A stretch of DNA of 64,000 nt. Origin: an uncultured Candidatus Saccharibacteria bacterium (GTDB lineage: Bacteria > Patescibacteriota > Minisyncoccia > UBA6257 > UBA9933). A program made the translations under genes and the position numbers. Shown piece after piece: positions 37,980 through 48,880 of this stretch. The stretch covers positions 899 to 64,898 of the forward strand of contig CAZXNT010000003.1 in the NCBI GenBank assembly GCA_964642155.1. Reading direction: 5' to 3'. Every line of letters starts with the position of its first letter. The stretch's first letter is position 1. The notes beneath the pieces were generated by a model. That model made no database searches. It had not been told where the DNA came from and saw only the letters and a program-made list of their open reading frames with translations.

Positions 37980-40412
37980 TTACTTTTTTAATTGTTTTTC
38001 TTTTTTAACAACCTCAATAGTGGTTTTAATAATCGTATCCGGATTAAGAGAAATGCTTTCAATACCATCTTCCACTAAAAATTCGGCGAATTCCGGATAA
38101 TCTGAAGGCGCCTGACCGCAAATGCCGATGTATTTCTTTTTGGCGCGGCATTTTTTGACGACTTCGGAAATTAATTTTTTCACCGATGCGTCATTTTCAT
38201 TCGTAATAGCCCTTATCATTTCGTTACCGTCGCGGTCAATACCAACGGTTAATTGCGTCAAATCATTTGAACCGATGCTCATCCCGTCAAAAATTTCCAA
38301 AAATTCATCGGCTAAAATGACATTAGAAGGAATTTCGCACATGACAAAAACTTTTAATTTTTTGCCATTATTTTTTCGCAAGCCGAATTTATCAATAATC
38401 TGCAACACTTTTTTTCCTTCTTCCGGCGTTCTGCAAAACGGCACCATTACCACCACATTATCCAAGCCCATTTCTTCGCGGACTTTTTTAATAGCTTTTA
38501 ATTCCAAAATAAAAGCTGACGCGAAATTCGGATGATAATAACGCGACGCCCCGCGCCAACCAATCATCGGATTTTCCTCCTGCGGCTCATATAATTCGCC
38601 ACCGACAAGCGTTCTATATTCATTAGTTTTAAAATCGGAAAACCTCACAATCACCGGTTTCGGATAAAACGCCGCTCCGATTTTAGCGATTCCATAAGCC
38701 AATTTATCAACATAAAATTGAGTTTTATTTTGATAGCCAATAGTTTTTTTATCAATCTGAGTTTTAAGATTTTGCGACAATTTAGAATAATTTATAAGCG
38801 CATTGGGGTGGATTCCAATATCGCCTGCGATAATAAATTCCTCTCTTGCCAATCCCACTCCGTCATTGGGCAGAAATGATTTCTCAAAAGCCGTATCTGG
38901 TGTGGCGATATTCATCATTATTTTGGTTTTTGGCTTCAGAAACTTCTTGATATTGTGTTCAATAATTTCAAATTTTAAAACGCCATCATATACAAAACCT
39001 TCGCTGCCCGTTGTATCAATCGTAATCATCTGGCCGGTTTTAATTTTTTTGGTAGCGTTTTCTGAACCAACAATACAAGGAATGCCAAGTTCGCGGCTCA
39101 CAATCGCCGCGTGGCTTGTACGCCCGCCCTTGTCCGTAATAATCGCCGAAGCGATTTTCATAATCGGTTCCCAATCCGGGTCAGTCATATCGGTTATTAA
39201 AACCTCTCCCGCCTTAAATTGCCCGACATTTTTCGCGTCTAAAATAATATGCGCCTTTCCAATAGCAATTTTACTGCCTACCGACGCTCCTTTAACTAAA
39301 ATTTTAGGATTTTGGATTTTGGATTTTGGATTTTCTAACTGATATTCCTTGATTTTTGAAAAATTCCGCAACGCATGGATTGTTTCCGGACGCGCCTGGA
39401 CAATAAACAATTCGCCGGTTCTGCCGTCTTTTGCCCATTCCATATCCATCGGCATCCATTTTTTATATTTTTTTGAATAATGCTCTTCAATTAAAACTCC
39501 CCATTTTGCCAATTGCAGAATTTCTTTTTCAGATAAAACAAAAGATTCTTTTTCCTTTTGCGAAGCTGAAATAATTTTTGTGTTTTTTATGGAAACTCCT
39601 TTGCCTTCCGAATAAATCATCTTTTGATTTTTGATGCCAAGTTTTTTGCTGATTATCGCGTTCGGCGACTTATCCAATGTTTTTTTAAAGACAAGAAATT
39701 CATCCGGCGTCACTTCTCCCTGAACAATCATTTCTCCAAGCCCCCAAGAGCCGTTAATTAAAACAACATCGCGAAAGCCTGATTCGGTATCCAAAGTAAA
39801 CATAACGCCGGAACAGCTCAAATCTGAACGAATCATTTTTTGAACACCAACTGAAAGCGCCACTTTAAAATGGTCAAAACCCTTGTCAACGCGGTAAGAA
39901 ATCGCGCGGTTCGTAAACAATGAAGCCATTGCCGATTTCACTGATTTTAAAACTTCTTCCGCGCCGCGAATATTAAGATAAGTTTCGTGTTCGCCGGCAA
40001 ATGACGCACCAGGAAGGTCTTCTGCAGTAGCGGAAGAACGCGCCGCCACATCTACATTTTTGCCGTATTCTTTTTCCATTTGCTCATACGCTTTAATAAT
40101 TTCCTGATTCAATTCTTCCGGAAATTCCGCCTTTTTGATTGTTTCGCGAATTAATTTTCCTCGCTTCGCTAAATCCATAAGATTTTTAGTATTTAAACCC
40201 TGAAGCGTTTTTTTAATAAATTTGTCCAAACCGGTTTCTTCTAAAAAGTATCGATAAGCATCAGCTGTTACCACAAATCCGCCGGGAATTTTTACGCCTT
40301 TAGACGTCAAATTCTGAATCATTTCGCCGAGTGAAGCGTTTTTCCCGCCGACTTCGGAAACGTCTTTTATGCCGACCTCGTTTAATTTTTTAATAAAAGA
40401 TTTGTTATTCAT
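37980..40412 (-). CDS. ppsA: Phosphoenolpyruvate synthase
   Basis: VGGKNASLGEM, RSSATAEDL, GGRTSHAAIVSRE, SIGSNDLTQ, ICGQAPS. Confidence 0.95.
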   Translation of the reverse strand: MNNKSFIKKLNEVGIKDVSEVGGKNASLGEMIQNLTSKGVKIPGGFVVTADAYRYFLEETGLDKFIKKTLQGLNTKNLMDLAKRGKLIRETIKKAEFPEELNQEIIKAYEQMEKEYGKNVDVAARSSATAEDLPGASFAGEHETYLNIRGAEEVLKSVKSAMASLFTNRAISYRVDKGFDHFKVALSVGVQKMIRSDLSCSGVMFTLDTESGFRDVVLINGSWGLGEMIVQGEVTPDEFLVFKKTLDKSPNAIISKKLGIKNQKMIYSEGKGVSIKNTKIISASQKEKESFVLSEKEILQLAKWGVLIEEHYSKKYKKWMPMDMEWAKDGRTGELFIVQARPETIHALRNFSKIKEYQLENPKSKIQNPKILVKGASVGSKIAIGKAHIILDAKNVGQFKAGEVLITDMTDPDWEPIMKIASAIITDKGGRTSHAAIVSRELGIPCIVGSENATKKIKTGQMITIDTTGSEGFVYDGVLKFEIIEHNIKKFLKPKTKIMMNIATPDTAFEKSFLPNDGVGLAREEFIIAGDIGIHPNALINYSKLSQNLKTQIDKKTIGYQNKTQFYVDKLAYGIAKIGAAFYPKPVIVRFSDFKTNEYRTLVGGELYEPQEENPMIGWRGASRYYHPNFASAFILELKAIKKVREEMGLDNVVVMVPFCRTPEEGKKVLQIIDKFGLRKNNGKKLKVFVMCEIPSNVILADEFLEIFDGMSIGSNDLTQLTVGIDRDGNEMIRAITNENDASVKKLISEVVKKCRAKKKYIGICGQAPSDYPEFAEFLVEDGIESISLNPDTIIKTTIEVVKKEKQLKK

Positions 40413-40486
40413 AAAATAATTATAAAATAAAATTGTAAAAATATAAAGCCCCTCTTATCAGTGGGGCTTCAAAATAAACACCTCCT

Positions 40487-41080
40487 TTACCAAACCATTA
40501 TTCTTATATTTTTATCTTTTACATTAAATCTTTTAAATCCTTTTATCCTATCGACATCTTCCGCCGTTAAATCTAAAATAATTCCCGCCATCTTTATGGC
40601 ATCGCCATTTTTCATACGAATACATCCCCGACTCGCTTTTTTGCCGATGCTTGCCTCATCGTTTGTTCCATGCAAACGAATCGGAAATTTCATCGGCTGA
40701 TCAAATTCAAAAATAAATTTAACCCTTCCCATGGCATTTCTATGGTGCCCGGGTAGCACAATATTTGGTAATTCCACTTTCTTTTTTTTCAAATAATCCT
40801 CTTTTGTATTTGGGGTCGGCTTCCAAAAAGGATTGATTTGAATTTCTATCAATTTGCCGGTAAGCGGTAATTGATAATAATCTCCTTTTGGAACGCCGAT
40901 GGCATAAGCACTCACTTTGAGCCGCCTATTTTTCTCAAATAAATACAGTGTCCTCTCTGAAAAAGAAACCGAAATGACTGCTTTTTCATTTGTGGTCGCG
41001 CCGAGCTCAGTGGGCATTAATAAAATAACGCTTACTATCTTAAAAACCAGATACCACTTTATTAATTTCTTAAAGAACAT
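40487..41080 (-). CDS. L,D-transpeptidase (YkuD family)
   Basis: LHGT....IG...SRGCIRM; signal-like N-terminus; GGAGGTG SD. Confidence 0.85.
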   Translation of the reverse strand: MFFKKLIKWYLVFKIVSVILLMPTELGATTNEKAVISVSFSERTLYLFEKNRRLKVSAYAIGVPKGDYYQLPLTGKLIEIQINPFWKPTPNTKEDYLKKKKVELPNIVLPGHHRNAMGRVKFIFEFDQPMKFPIRLHGTNDEASIGKKASRGCIRMKNGDAIKMAGIILDLTAEDVDRIKGFKRFNVKDKNIRIMVW

Positions 41081-41102
41081 CCGACACCTCCTTTTATCTA
41101 AA

Positions 41103-42434
41103 TTATTTTAACACAACCATTAAATCCGCCACATTAAAACATTTCTTTTTAGCATAAATTAAATCATCGGTTTTGTCAAAAAAGTCAAACGATTTATTTT
41201 GTTTTAAAAATTCTTCCGGAGAAATGCCCGACTCCTCCGCTTTTTTTAAAGTCAAAATATCGCTAATCGCTCCCGCAGCCTCGGTATTGTCATGACCATC
41301 GGAAGTAAAAGACATTATAATTAAATTTTCAATTTTAAATTTTAAATTTTTAATTTTTGCCAAAGCGCCAAGTACAGATTCCGTATTTCTTCCGCCTTTG
41401 CCTTTCGGCCGGCCCTCTAAATCAACTGTTGTTTCGCCAGCCGCTAAAAATGCCTGACCAGATTTTACCATCTTAATCATCGGCATTAACGCGTTTTTTG
41501 CCTCGCCCTGCAACGTTAAGGAATAAATTTTCGTTTTAAAGCCCAATTCTTTTGATTTTTTCATCATCGCCATTATCGCGTCCTGATTACAAATAAAAAG
41601 AATATTTTTAACTTTTTTAAAATATTTTTTTTCTTTTGGATTTTCATGAAAATGAAATTTCTTTGACTCAAGGCCGTATTTTTTTAAAATTTTCTCCGCG
41701 TCTTTATTTGTTGTTTTATCGTAAACCGTCGGGCCCGAAGCGATAAAAGACAAATCATTGCCGCAAATATCCGATACAATCAAAGAAACGATTGTCGCCG
41801 GATAAGCCATTTTTGCCAATCCTCCGCCCTTCACTTCTGATAAATGTTTTCTAATGGTGTTTAATTTAAAAATATCGGCGCCGACTTCGGTCAAATGTTT
41901 AAAAATCTCCTGCGAATGCTTTAATTCTTTTTCCGAACCGCACATTAACGCCGAACCGCCGCCGCAGATAAATGTAATCAACAAATCGTCCTTGTTTAAA
42001 TTTTTCGCAAGCTTGATAATTTCCCGCGTGGCTCTGATGTTTTGTTTTGATGGAAGAGGATGCGTACCTTTAAAAATTTTTAATTTCCAATTTTTAATTT
42101 TAAATTTTGGCTTAACGATGTCTAAAGCAATACCGCTAGTCAATTTATTTTTTAAAATTTCCGCTAAAGCTACGCTTGCCAACGCCGAACCCTTGCCAAC
42201 GCCAACAATAAAAACTCTTTTAAAATTATTTAAATTCAATTTTAAAGGAGGTTTGACCTCCCGAATATTAACTACAATTTTAGGAGGTCGAACCTCCAAA
42301 ATATTGCCGTCTAAATTTATTCGCTCCGAAACCGTCTTTTCAATTTCAATCGCCTCATATCCCGCCTCGGCAATTAAAAGCGCCTTTCTACGCAAAGAAT
42401 TTCTAGCTAAATTTTTAAAATTGGAGATAATCAT
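41103..42434 (-). CDS. Glycerate kinase (DUF4147/MOFRL)
   Basis: GKGS, HPLP, GGGSAL, RKHLS.VKGG, ASGPT, GETTV, GGRN. Confidence 0.85.
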   Translation of the reverse strand: MIISNFKNLARNSLRRKALLIAEAGYEAIEIEKTVSERINLDGNILEVRPPKIVVNIREVKPPLKLNLNNFKRVFIVGVGKGSALASVALAEILKNKLTSGIALDIVKPKFKIKNWKLKIFKGTHPLPSKQNIRATREIIKLAKNLNKDDLLITFICGGGSALMCGSEKELKHSQEIFKHLTEVGADIFKLNTIRKHLSEVKGGGLAKMAYPATIVSLIVSDICGNDLSFIASGPTVYDKTTNKDAEKILKKYGLESKKFHFHENPKEKKYFKKVKNILFICNQDAIMAMMKKSKELGFKTKIYSLTLQGEAKNALMPMIKMVKSGQAFLAAGETTVDLEGRPKGKGGRNTESVLGALAKIKNLKFKIENLIIMSFTSDGHDNTEAAGAISDILTLKKAEESGISPEEFLKQNKSFDFFDKTDDLIYAKKKCFNVADLMVVLK

Positions 42435-43357
42435 TATTTAATAAAATAAAATATAATCGGCGCGACAATAAACGATAAAACCGTTGAAATAAATAAAGAA
42501 TTGCCGACTAATTCTTTATTTAAATTAAATTTTTCGGCAATAACGAAAGTCGTCACCGCCACCGGCATTGAAGAAAGCAAAATTAAAATTTGATAATTTT
42601 CCGATTTTAAAAAATAAAAGAGCGTTATAAATACAATAATCGGGAAACAAATAACCTTTAAAAAAGAGACAAAAAACGCCAACCCCAAATCTTTCTTTAA
42701 AAATCTTCCGTATAAAAACGCCCCCAAAGTGAATAAGGCGATTGGCGAAGCCGTGGCTCCCAGCATAGAAATTGATTTTTTAACGGCAAAAATTAAAAAA
42801 TGATCTATTGATAAAATTTTCAAAAAACTCAAAGCAATGCCGACAAAAACCGAAATCATCAGGGGATTTCTGATAAACGCCGATATTTCTTTTACAATAT
42901 CGTATTCTTCATTATGCCAATATCTGATAATAAAGATTGAAATCAATATCGGCGCAACTAAATAAATTACCCCTATTAAAGCGCCATTTAAAATAAATTC
43001 CTTCCCAAAACCCAATTCAATCAAGGGAAATCCCATATAAATCGTATTGCCGACAGTTGCTGTTAAAAATATGGCTGCTTTTAAATCTTTTTTTATTTTT
43101 AAGAAATAAAGCGAAATAAAAACAACCAAAGAAAATAATCCCAAAGTCAGCAAACTTGAAAAAATAATATTCCAAGATTCTTTATTTAAAAAATTAATAT
43201 CCCAAAAACTGGCGATAATTAAAGCCGGCAAAGAAATATAATAAGCAAAAACGTTTAAAATATGCACCCAATCATCCGTCGCTATTTTAAATTTTTTAAA
43301 AAGCCAGCCACTTAAAATAATTAAAAATATAGGAAGTGAAATTAAAAATGTGGACAT
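42434..43357 (-). CDS. AEC-family transporter
   Basis: LPALI, GN..YMGFP, NPL, P.ALF.LG, MPVAV. Confidence 0.85.
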   Translation of the reverse strand: MSTFLISLPIFLIILSGWLFKKFKIATDDWVHILNVFAYYISLPALIIASFWDINFLNKESWNIIFSSLLTLGLFSLVVFISLYFLKIKKDLKAAIFLTATVGNTIYMGFPLIELGFGKEFILNGALIGVIYLVAPILISIFIIRYWHNEEYDIVKEISAFIRNPLMISVFVGIALSFLKILSIDHFLIFAVKKSISMLGATASPIALFTLGAFLYGRFLKKDLGLAFFVSFLKVICFPIIVFITLFYFLKSENYQILILLSSMPVAVTTFVIAEKFNLNKELVGNSLFISTVLSFIVAPIIFYFIK

Positions 43358-43378
43358 GAATTAATTCTAACACAAAAT

Positions 43379-44113
43379 CTACTTTTTTCTAAAATCCAAC
43401 TGCTTAAATGGCTGAGGCTTGTCTGAAGAACGCCAATTTTCCCATTGCTGTTTTAATTGCTTATAACCAAGACCATGGGAATGATAGACGGAAAATTTAA
43501 TGTCTCGCGCCGCTTTATATCCTTTAGAAAACCAATAATTCGCCCACTCCCCGTCTTCTCCGCCAAGACCGTATTTTTCATTGAAATTTCTTTTCTCCCA
43601 TAAATCTTTCCTAATTATTGCATTTGTAAAACCCATTACCCCCATTCCTCCCTGCTCAATAATAATTTTCTTTTAAAATATATTTCTAATTTTGCAAAGA
43701 TATTTATTAAAAATCAGTTTTTCCCAAACAGAACCGTCGGACAACGCCCAAACAAAACCATAAACTCCCATTATTTTATCATCTGTAAAATTTTTTAATC
43801 CATCCGCAAGCCATGTTTTAGATATAGGCAAAGAATGCCCGCTTAAAATAACCAAATATTTTTCAGCCAAAGATTGTTTAATGCCGTAATTTAAGGCAAA
43901 AGGATAACTAAATTCTTCTTGTTTTATTTTAAAAATTCTAATATTTAAAATTTCGGAAAATTGATTAACAATATCAAGAGTTTTGTCAGTTGACCCGGAA
44001 TCAACAATAATAATTTCAAAATTTTTATAAGTTTGGCTGGATAAACGCTTTAAAATTTCTCCAATCCATTTTTCTTCGTTTTTAGTTCTTATAATTATTA
44101 AAACTTCAACCAT
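43379..44113 (-). pseudogene. Family 2 glycosyltransferase with in-frame TAA at 43673-43675
   Basis: IIRTKNEE, VDSGSTD; IRNIF*KKIIIEQGGMG continues in frame to ED..W. Confidence 0.75.
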
Positions 44114-44163
44114 AAATAAAATTTAATTTTTTATTTTGTTATTATTTAGATATTGACCTACGG

Positions 44164-46008
44164 CTAATTTTTTTCCGAAACAAACGCTATTGTTCCGTAA
44201 AAAGTAGTCCCCGTCCCTTCTTCGGAAGCCGCGCCAATCGTTCCATTGTGGGCTTCAATGATGCCCTTAGCAATTGCCAAACCAAGACCGGTTCCTTTTT
44301 GTTCAACTTTCAAAATACGGGATTGAAATTGTTTGAATTTATTGAAAAGCAAAGGAATATTTTCGGTAGAAATTCCGATGCCGGTATCGGTTACGGCGAT
44401 AATCAAGGAATCGGGAAGATTTTGGATGTTTTTGTCGTCTCCGTGTATTAACCATTCGATTTGGGCCTGTTTCGCTTCCTGGTCAAGATTCTGACCCTTT
44501 CTGTGAATTAACGCTTGAATGGTTACTATTCCTCCGGGCTTGGTGAATTTTAAAGCATTGGAAATAAAATTATTGAAAACCTGGGCTATGCGGACCGGGT
44601 CAACGGAAACCACATCGAGAAAGCCGTCTACCGCAATTTTAAGTGTAATCTTTGCTTCTTTGGCGGCCAACTCGTAGAAATGTATTTTATCCTGAATAAT
44701 TTCTTTGATATTTGTCGGCTGTTTGTGAATTTCAAACTTACCTGCTTCTAATTTAGCCGCGTCCAAAAGGTCATTAACAAGGTCCAACATTCCGCGAGTG
44801 TTTTTCGAAACCATTTGAGTCATTTCTATATAATCTTTGTCTCCCGGCTTCAATGCCCCATCTCCTAAAAGTTCAAGAATTTTCATTACGTTGCTCAACG
44901 GCGAACGAAGCTCATGCACCATCATGGATATAAAATCTTCACGCAAACGTTCAAGTTCTTTTTCTTGAGTAATATCATGTAAAATAACTACGCCTCCGAG
45001 AGTTTCCTCGCCTTTAATTCCGACAACGCTGCGCACGGGAGCCACTAATATCTGATAAAATTTATCTAAAACTACAACATCCTGCGCAGCAAGAGTTTTT
45101 CCGAGTTTTACGCTTTCTTCCAGTTTCCCCCGAATATCAAATTTTCCTCCTAAAACGTCAATAATGTCAAAAATAGTAATATCGTTTTTTGCAGTAAGAC
45201 CGAGAATCCTTTTTGCCGCCGGGTTCACCACTAAAAGCCGATAGTCCTGGTCAGTCATAATAACTCCTTCGGTCATGCTTTCCACCATGGAATTTACTTT
45301 GCGCTGTTCCGTTTGCACCACTTCCTGAAGACGCGTAACTGCCTGGGACGCTTGGTGAGTAATTTTATAAAGAATCGTCATTTCTTCTTCTTTATAAAGA
45401 CCCTTTTCTGTATGCGCCACCGTGAGCATCCCCACCACTTTTTCGCCGATAATAAGGGGAATATTAAAAAACGAGCCAACAAGCACATCTATGTCTTCCA
45501 AAAGAATGGCTCCTGAAAGTAATTCTTCCACTTGGTTTTTTTTAAATTCCCTGTCAAGAAGCGCGGAAAGTGATTTTAACATTCTGTCTTCAATTTCATT
45601 TACAAATGACCGGGAAACCGATTCTTCTAGATGCACCTTAAAAATAATTCTTTCGCCCCCCAAAAGCATATATGAAGCCGCGGAATATTCGATAAACTGA
45701 TGCAAAGAGCCCGTAATAATATCAACGATGTTCTGGATATTAAGCGAGTAGCCAACCCGCTCGCCTAATTCCTTAAGAATTGCTAGTTCGTACATCCGTC
45801 TGTTTATTTCATCTCCTCCGCGTTCAATGTTGGTTTTGGATAACTGCAGTTGTTTTTCAAATTGAATTTTGATTTCTTTTTCCCGCGCCTCCATAACAGC
45901 GACGATTTTTTTATTTTTCCAAAACGCAAAAATAACCGCGCCCGTGATAAAACCGACGACAAACAATATTACTCCAAATATCATTTCAAAATTGTACATT
46001 GAAAGCAA
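44164..46008 (-). CDS. Sensor histidine kinase (TM-GAF-PAS-HisKA-HATPase); start uncertain
   Basis: HELRSPL, N..SNALKF, DTGIG, GTGLGL. Confidence 0.9.
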   Translation of the reverse strand: MLSMYNFEMIFGVILFVVGFITGAVIFAFWKNKKIVAVMEAREKEIKIQFEKQLQLSKTNIERGGDEINRRMYELAILKELGERVGYSLNIQNIVDIITGSLHQFIEYSAASYMLLGGERIIFKVHLEESVSRSFVNEIEDRMLKSLSALLDREFKKNQVEELLSGAILLEDIDVLVGSFFNIPLIIGEKVVGMLTVAHTEKGLYKEEEMTILYKITHQASQAVTRLQEVVQTEQRKVNSMVESMTEGVIMTDQDYRLLVVNPAAKRILGLTAKNDITIFDIIDVLGGKFDIRGKLEESVKLGKTLAAQDVVVLDKFYQILVAPVRSVVGIKGEETLGGVVILHDITQEKELERLREDFISMMVHELRSPLSNVMKILELLGDGALKPGDKDYIEMTQMVSKNTRGMLDLVNDLLDAAKLEAGKFEIHKQPTNIKEIIQDKIHFYELAAKEAKITLKIAVDGFLDVVSVDPVRIAQVFNNFISNALKFTKPGGIVTIQALIHRKGQNLDQEAKQAQIEWLIHGDDKNIQNLPDSLIIAVTDTGIGISTENIPLLFNKFKQFQSRILKVEQKGTGLGLAIAKGIIEAHNGTIGAASEEGTGTTFYGTIAFVSEKN

Positions 46009-46034
46009 AATTAAAGATTAATTTGCCAATACTA

Positions 46035-46379
46035 TTATTTTTCATCCGCCGAAATTACCGACTTGTAGATAGAACTGGTCAGGCGCGCGGCCACGGTGAT
46101 AAAAATCATGGAAATTAACAAAAATCCATGGCTTATCACATAATGAAAAAAATCTCTCAGTTCTACGGGTAATGGAATAAGGTCATGAAAAATATGGTCA
46201 ACCCCCCAAAGTGTGAAAAAAATTGAAGAAAGTATAAACCATAAATAAGGCCTTCTAATCTGGCCACCCACCAACAATTTTCGCGCCACAATCAATTGCC
46301 AGATTGTATAAATGGACAATCCGACAAAAATGAACAATGGCACCTCATAAATTATTTTTAACATGATGTTAATTATCAT
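46035..46379 (-). CDS. 3-TM membrane protein
   Basis: Hydrophobic ORF directly upstream of the kinase. Confidence 0.65.
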   Translation of the reverse strand: MIINIMLKIIYEVPLFIFVGLSIYTIWQLIVARKLLVGGQIRRPYLWFILSSIFFTLWGVDHIFHDLIPLPVELRDFFHYVISHGFLLISMIFITVAARLTSSIYKSVISADEK

Positions 46380-46458
46380 AAACTACAGACATAACTCTTA
46401 TTAATGAACTTTTTAGCAAGTTTAAGTCAGAGTTTATGAATTTTTAATATATTAATTT

Positions 46459-46731
46459 TTATTCGACTTTTTTATTGAGACTCGGATATTTAGCGAGAAC
46501 CGAGTCCATAGCGTTTTTCACGATGAGTCCGGAGAGCGCGACATATTCATCCATTAGTTTTTGGAATACCGCCTGCGGTTCTCCGTTAATATCGACGACT
46601 ATTCCGTTATCCTCAATTTTTAATTCCTTGACATTACGCGCTTTTAACACGGCAATGTTGGGCCCCAAAATAACAATTTGTTTTTGAATAACCTCTGTTA
46701 GCAGGGATTTATATTGTTCTATATTTTCCAT
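46459..46731 (-). CDS. Hypothetical protein
   Basis: 90-aa ORF leading the kinase operon; KQ..ILGP..A...A. Confidence 0.7.
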   Translation of the reverse strand: MENIEQYKSLLTEVIQKQIVILGPNIAVLKARNVKELKIEDNGIVVDINGEPQAVFQKLMDEYVALSGLIVKNAMDSVLAKYPSLNKKVE

Positions 46732-46895
46732 AATATTATTTTTTATTTAATGCGTAAACACGCTAACAAACGATTCTTCGACCTTAGAACCACCCAAATA
46801 ATTTTCGTCTTATTTTATATAGTATACTATTTATTCCATTCCAATAAAAATAGTTATCCACAGCCCCCCCATAACTTCTCCCCGACTTGGCAATT

Positions 46896-47351
46896 TTAAA
46901 AAATATTATTTATTTTTATTTTTCTGCCCCTAAATTCAAATTCATCTCCAGATTTCTTTTGCAAAAATATTTGACCGATTGGAGATCCTACACTTATTAA
47001 TTTATATTTCTTTTTATTAATACTAATCTCATTAAGAATTCCAACTGAAATAAAATAATTGCTCTTATTCGTTTCAATAATTGAACCTAATTTGATTTTA
47101 TCAGTAATTTCAAATGGCATTTCATTTACAAAAGACAATAATTGCCGTACATCAAAAAGCTGTTTTTTATAAGAACTAACCGCGGCTTGAGCCTCTTCTT
47201 TAAAAGTATCATATCGCGATTCCATTCTGCCTTTATGACTAGCCGATTCTTTTTGCGCATTATCAATGGCATTTTTTAAAAAATCTATCTTTTTTTCCAA
47301 TTCTAATTTAGAAAATTCAATTAATTTCTTTTTAATTTCAATTTTATTCAT
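46896..47351 (-). CDS. GreA/GreB-like protein
   Basis: Coiled coil with SRYDT; IS..SPIG..F..K..GD.F. Confidence 0.7.
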   Translation of the reverse strand: MNKIEIKKKLIEFSKLELEKKIDFLKNAIDNAQKESASHKGRMESRYDTFKEEAQAAVSSYKKQLFDVRQLLSFVNEMPFEITDKIKLGSIIETNKSNYFISVGILNEISINKKKYKLISVGSPIGQIFLQKKSGDEFEFRGRKIKINNIF

Positions 47352-47500
47352 TTTGTTTTTAAAAATTTAATTATCTTTTTATAGCAATTTATACAAATAT
47401 GGAATTTTCTGACTTTGTTTTTATTGGGCGGACTAAACAAAATGGCGCCGAATTTATTTAATTCCTTTTTGCAAAAATCGCATTTGGGTTTTATCGCCAT
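47348..47500 (-). CDS. Small Zn-finger protein (50 aa, not in ORF track)
   Basis: MAIKPKCDFCKKEL...FSPP...HICINCYKK; ATGA overlap with the next gene. Confidence 0.7.
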   Translation of the reverse strand: MAIKPKCDFCKKELNKFGAILFSPPNKNKVRKFHICINCYKKIIKFLKTK

Positions 47501-47570
47501 AAATTTATTTTTTTATTTTTATTTTGTTTATTCCAACCCCGCAAAATGCGGGGTGAGAATTAACTAATTT

Positions 47571-48245
47571 TTATTTTTTGTGAATTTTAATCCCGTCTTC
47601 TCCAATAGTAATAAAAATTGAAGGAACATCTGTCCAACAGCCAGCATTAAAATAATTAACACCCATTATAACTTCTTTCGCTTCCCGATGAGTGTGCCCG
47701 CAAAAAACATAACGAATGCCCCTTTTTAAAGCATAACGCGCCGCGTTCTGGGCAACTTTTCCAGAAAGCCGAAGCCAACTTTTAGAAGCTCTTTTTATAA
47801 AACGGCTGAATCTTAAATCAAATCTTTGCAAAATTCTGTAAATAAACGAGGCAATATCGCTAATAACCTTGTTATTTGCTAAAAACCTATCAAACTGATG
47901 GCCGTGAATTGCCAGATATTTTTCATTTTTATAATTCCAAACATATTCCTGAAACACTTTAATTCCGATAAAACGGGATATTACTTTGAATATAAATTCG
48001 TCGTGATTTCCCAAAACCCAAACTATTTCAATATTGCTTTTTGGGTTGGAAAGTTCCTGAATATAAGAAAGTAATTCCCAATGATTTCTCTCTAAGTGAT
48101 TGAAATTTAAATCATCAAAAATATCACCAAGAAGAATAAGGCGGCTGAAACTGTGATTTTTAAGGACATTGAGCAATTCTTTTGCCCGGCTTACCTCCGA
48201 ACCAAGATGAATATCGGAAACGATAATTGTGTTAATTTTAGGCAT
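47571..48245 (-). CDS. LpxH-like metallophosphoesterase
   Basis: SDIHLG, GDIFD, GNHD, HGH.FD, GHTH. Confidence 0.85.
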   Translation of the reverse strand: MPKINTIIVSDIHLGSEVSRAKELLNVLKNHSFSRLILLGDIFDDLNFNHLERNHWELLSYIQELSNPKSNIEIVWVLGNHDEFIFKVISRFIGIKVFQEYVWNYKNEKYLAIHGHQFDRFLANNKVISDIASFIYRILQRFDLRFSRFIKRASKSWLRLSGKVAQNAARYALKRGIRYVFCGHTHREAKEVIMGVNYFNAGCWTDVPSIFITIGEDGIKIHKK

Positions 48246-48305
48246 AAATTTAAAGTTTTCTTACTATTTATTATAATATTATCAAAAATTTGAAATTGAC
48301 ATAAT

Positions 48306-48822
48306 TTAAACAAAAATCGCGTTGTTAATCTCAATAAACTCAATTTGATTATTTTCCGTATCCCAAATTAAAAAAGTAGATTTTTTATATTTATGGCCGG
48401 ATATTTCGCCAGGATTGGCAAGTAAGCATTTATTTTCTAATATTTCAGAATATTGAGTATGATCATGCCCATAAAACACGGCGCTGTAACCGTCACTTTT
48501 CGCGGCAATTTCCGCAATATCCGGATAATGAGAAAGAAAAATTTTTACCGTCAATTTCAATCTCGGCACATATTTTATCGGCAATTTCCGCTTGTCCGCC
48601 ACTGGATAAAAAAGTTTTTGTAATTACAACCTTATCTCCGTCATTGTTCCCCCAAACAGCGAAAATATCCAAACCAGAATTTACCAAATTCTTGGCAATG
48701 CCATTATTTATAAAATCACCCCAAAATAACGCTTTTTTAATGCCGCGTTCTTTTATAATTTTCAATGCTTCTTCTAAATTATGGAAGTTATCGTGAATAT
48801 CCGATAAAATTGCGATTTTCAT
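48306..48822 (-). pseudogene. YfcE-like metallophosphoesterase, frameshifted near 48537-48546
   Basis: SDIHDN, GD, GNND in one frame; FLSHYP, GHDH, NPGE in the +1 frame; break in an A5T5 run. Confidence 0.8.
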
Positions 48823-48844
48823 ATTTTTTTATTAATTTATTTTC

Positions 48845-48880
48845 TTTATTCCAAAATTCTCAAGAATTTGAGAATTAACT
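48845..48880. repeat. Palindrome family C, site 1 (3' end of wHTH #3)
   Basis: TTTATTCCAAAATTCT-CA-AGAATTTGAGAATTAACT; 35/36 inverted copy at 50054-50089. Confidence 0.88.

Noticed and set aside
48537-48546. Programmed -1 frameshift at A-AAT-TTT
   Set aside because: The downstream half is in the +1 frame, so a -1 slip would not restore the protein
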